Source: Eledone cirrhosa
Taxonomy: Eukaryota
Assembly: GCA_964016885.1 (NCBI GenBank)
Contig: OZ024746.1
Coordinates: 44,020,001 to 44,084,000 of the forward strand
Reading direction: 5' to 3'
DNA: 64,000 bases
In this document: piece after piece, positions 60,623-64,000 of the stretch
Numbering within the stretch: the first letter of the stretch is position 1
How the letters are laid out: each line of letters opens with the position of its first letter
Program-made: the position numbers and the translations under genes
Notes under the pieces: model-generated
Seen by the model: the letters and a program-made list of their open reading frames with translations, nothing else
Databases searched by the model: none
Told to the model about the DNA's origin: nothing

Positions 60623-61129
60623 GATATATATATATATATATATAAGGATAGGGTTTATTCCAAGCATTAACATATGTTTTATTGCCTAAAAAGCAATTAG
60701 GAATGCTTGGAATAAACCCCAATATATCATTTATTCGTGTTAATCATTCTTTTACCTGTTATTACTACTCCAAGAACTACTAATCACAGAACTTTCAGGA
60801 ATCTACCCTCCGAAAAACCTAACTAAGCAAGCATCTAAACCTAACTAGCACCATATGCTGAAATATTCCTCGGTACAGATTACTCATAACCTGAGCTTAG
60901 GTAACCTTAAATGATATCTCATTTACTTTTATATATATATATATACTCCACCTTCACCCCAGTGAAGTACCCCACCTTAGACATAACTCTCCAATCTCCA
61001 CCCTGATTATATGCATCACACTCACCTCCATGCCCCACATTCCACATCTGATACACCTCTCTTCTCAAACCCATACATACAAGCATGGAAAGATGGATCT
61101 GCTCTCCCACAATTCTGCTGAAATGGCTC

Positions 61130-61711
61130 TTAGTCCACTCTGTAAAGTGGTCATGTTGGTGACACAATAAAAGCCTCTAGTCCATCATATAAGGTGCTCA
61201 TGCTGGTGACATGACTAGATTATCCAGGCAACTCTGTAAGGTGGTCGTGCTGTTGACACAACAAATAAGCATCCAGTCCCCCCTATAAAGTGTTTGTTTT
61301 GGTGGCATGACAAATAAGCAGCCAATTCACCTCTGTAAGGTGATCATGTTGGTGACATGACATAAAGCACCCAGTCCATTCTCTAAACAGGTCGTGTTGA
61401 TGACAACTACAACCACTCAGCCAATCCTGTAAAGTGATCATGTTGGTGACATGACAAAGAAGCACCTGGACTACCCTGTAAGGTGTTTGTGCCAGCATCT
61501 ATCAGTTGTTCATTTTGGTGCCATGATAAAAAAACACACAGTTCACGCTGTAAATGTGGTTGGCATTAGGAAGGGCATCCATCTGTAGAAAACAAGCGAG
61601 AACACTTCTGTATGAGCAAGATCTGTCACCTTATCTAACATATCTAGCAATTGGACACCTTATTTAACCTATGCTAGTATGGAAAATGAATATTAAACAG
61701 TGATGATGATA
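61130..61711 (+). mobile_element. Non-autonomous RTE derivative with ~8-9 tandem ~47-bp modules
   Basis: Unit ~TCATGTTGGTGACATGACAAAAAGCACCCAGTCCACCCTGTAAGGTGG; then ggttggcattaggaagggcatcc and RTE tail. Confidence 0.8.
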
Positions 61712-63659
61712 TATATTGTTATGGTACAAAAAAATAAATGTGCTCAGTTCACCCTTGTGTAAAGTCTGATATATGTAATTATATATTGGATACATAATGG
61801 TTTTATTCGAGTGTCTCATTTATCATCTGTATTGTGTTTGCATTGATTTCTGGTGATCATGGATACTTTGGTATCAATTACTATACATTATATATCAGGA
61901 ATGTATATTTTGAAGTTCATGAGAAGAAACTGGACATATGTCATCAGTTTGAAATAAGTTTCATTCTTATCTTTAGAATTGAAGTTGAGTGGCAAATGAT
62001 GCAAATGATAAAAAGTTTCTCTGTATGAGAAATGTCACAGTATTTCAAACTACTCTTAAATGTTTACACCTTATCTAGTAATGTCCACTTAATGACAGTG
62101 ATTATCTTATTCCTTGATCTCTAAATATATTTCAAAAGTGTTGTAGAGTTCTTTAGATGTTTGTAATAAAGTGGTCTAATGTACTAGGGCAAGTTACTAT
62201 TTAAGGAATGCAGTGTGGGTCCTATATAGTCTGCTCACATTATTTATGGAGATGCCAATAGAATATATAAATACTTTGCCAAGGAAGCAAAGCTCCACAT
62301 ATTGGCAAATTCAGATATATATTTTTAAAATCTCATTGAATTGAAATTTGCCTTCGTTTTGCAGGAAAAAAAGAAAGCAAAACCTAGTGGCAATTGTTAC
62401 AGGAACTAAAAGGAAAAGGGAGATAATTACAAGAAATTAATATATTTTTATATATTAATATATTTTACAGAAAATTATCAGTTCCCATGCTCAGGAAAAA
62501 AATGAGTATAATATTTCCCATCTCAGAGGTTCTGAAAAGCGTCATTGACACTGCCTGTTTTGACAAAGAATTAAAAAAGAAAAACTTCCATCCTTAGCCA
62601 TCCTGAAGGCAACTGTTTGTCTTTAATATTTTGTCTATATTTTCTATTAATTATAGACTGACACTACATATTTTTGTACAAAGATATTTTAGATACAAAA
62701 ACAAATGCCTAAATGTTTGCCTGTCTGCATTCATTAATTATGGTAGTATGTTTATGTCGCATAAAAAAATTCACTCAATTTCAGCATTCAAGATGTCATG
62801 TAGAATAACAATATTTTTGATTTGAGAAATCAGAGTATAGGTAGTAAATTTAATTCTTTGAAAATGGAATATTGATTTTGATTTCAATAGAAATTTTGTA
62901 AGGAGTCTAGAATATTCTCTTTATTTTGGAACATGAAAAATACTTTTTTATCATTGCTTCTATTTTCAACATTCTTTGTATCATTAAAATATGCATTCTG
63001 TATCTAATTCATTTTCAGGAAAAACTATTTTAAGAAATATGTATGGCTATAAGGGATACTATAAACAGAGTCTAATTGTAGCTGGTTTTCCTTTATTTGG
63101 AAATTGTCTTCAATCATTTTTGTAAATAAAACAAAATTCTATATTGTTGATTGTTTCAATATTTCTAATTAAATTTTCCAATAGCCGTACAGCCAAATTA
63201 ACACCTTTTATGATACATACTGTAGAGAATTCTAGTAGAAACATGCAATTTAAAAATATTAGAATAATGAGTCTACCAAGAGTTATTTCCCTTCCTTAAA
63301 TTTAGATTTTTATAATTTGAAACCCGAATTACACAAAATATTGTTTAATGTTTGTCCATTATTGTCAGAACATTATATATCACTTGTAATTTTATGACCT
63401 CGTGTCAGACCTGACATTTCCAGGAGAATTAATATTTTCCATTAAAGAAATTGACAAATAGTTTTATATCACAATTATTTGATTTTTATACTAAAGTCAT
63501 ACATAAACTTTGTACATGTTAAGAGTGGGGAACAACTCTGCTGAAACTGATAAGCAGCTTTTGGAAGTAAATCAATCTGAACTATCTTTCGCAAAATTTG
63601 ACATGGTAACTCACAGGTATGTCATTTGAAAATATAGCAAACCATTTGAAATATAAATT

Positions 63660-64000
63660 AGCAAAGGATGGTTCCATAGAAGCAGTTGAGAGCTTCTGTT
63701 ACCTGGGTGACCAAATTAGCAGTGGAGGTGAGTATTCCAAAAGTACAGTAGCCAGAGTGAGAACATGATGGAAAAAGTTCAAGGAACTACTACTGCTGCT
63801 AGCTACTAAATGTTTTTTTTTTCCTTGAAATGAAGGACAGAATGTATTGTGCAATGTATATGAACAGCAATGTTGCATGGTAGTAAGACCTACGAAGATT
63901 GGAAAGAAATGAAGTTAGCAGGCTCCAATGGATATGTGAATACATATGATCAGCAAAACGTAAGTAGACTGAAATAGAAACTGGGCTTAAAAAGGATCAG
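63660..64000 (+). pseudogene. Decayed RTE fragment running off the window
   Basis: [40 protein letters not shown]. Confidence 0.85.

Noticed and set aside
61130-61590. CRISPR-like array
   Set aside because: Contiguous degenerate units with no unique spacers, no cas genes, eukaryotic context

Overview
AT-rich, repeat-dominated animal genomic DNA; the SINE/RTE repertoire suggests a cephalopod such as Octopus (inference). I find no convincing host gene and only one weak candidate exon. Almost all long ORFs in the track are (TA)n microsatellite artefacts. The window holds: (i) a near-complete Penelope-like element (RT + Cys-rich linker + C-terminal GIY-YIG, 12657-16642) with a 157-bp inverted terminal repeat carrying a hammerhead ribozyme; (ii) about a dozen further type-I hammerhead motifs from several unrelated short elements, mostly in or near TA arrays and often with fold-back arms, including a perfect 338-bp palindrome; (iii) three RTE LINE families, bipartite RTE derivatives and SINEs, several carrying a tandemly amplified ~47-nt pseudoknot-like module; (iv) a DD37D (maT) transposon, mariner- and piggyBac-type MITEs, a Merlin-like relic, a CR1/L2 fragment and a probable solo LTR. 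All RNA folds were assigned by eye and are untested.
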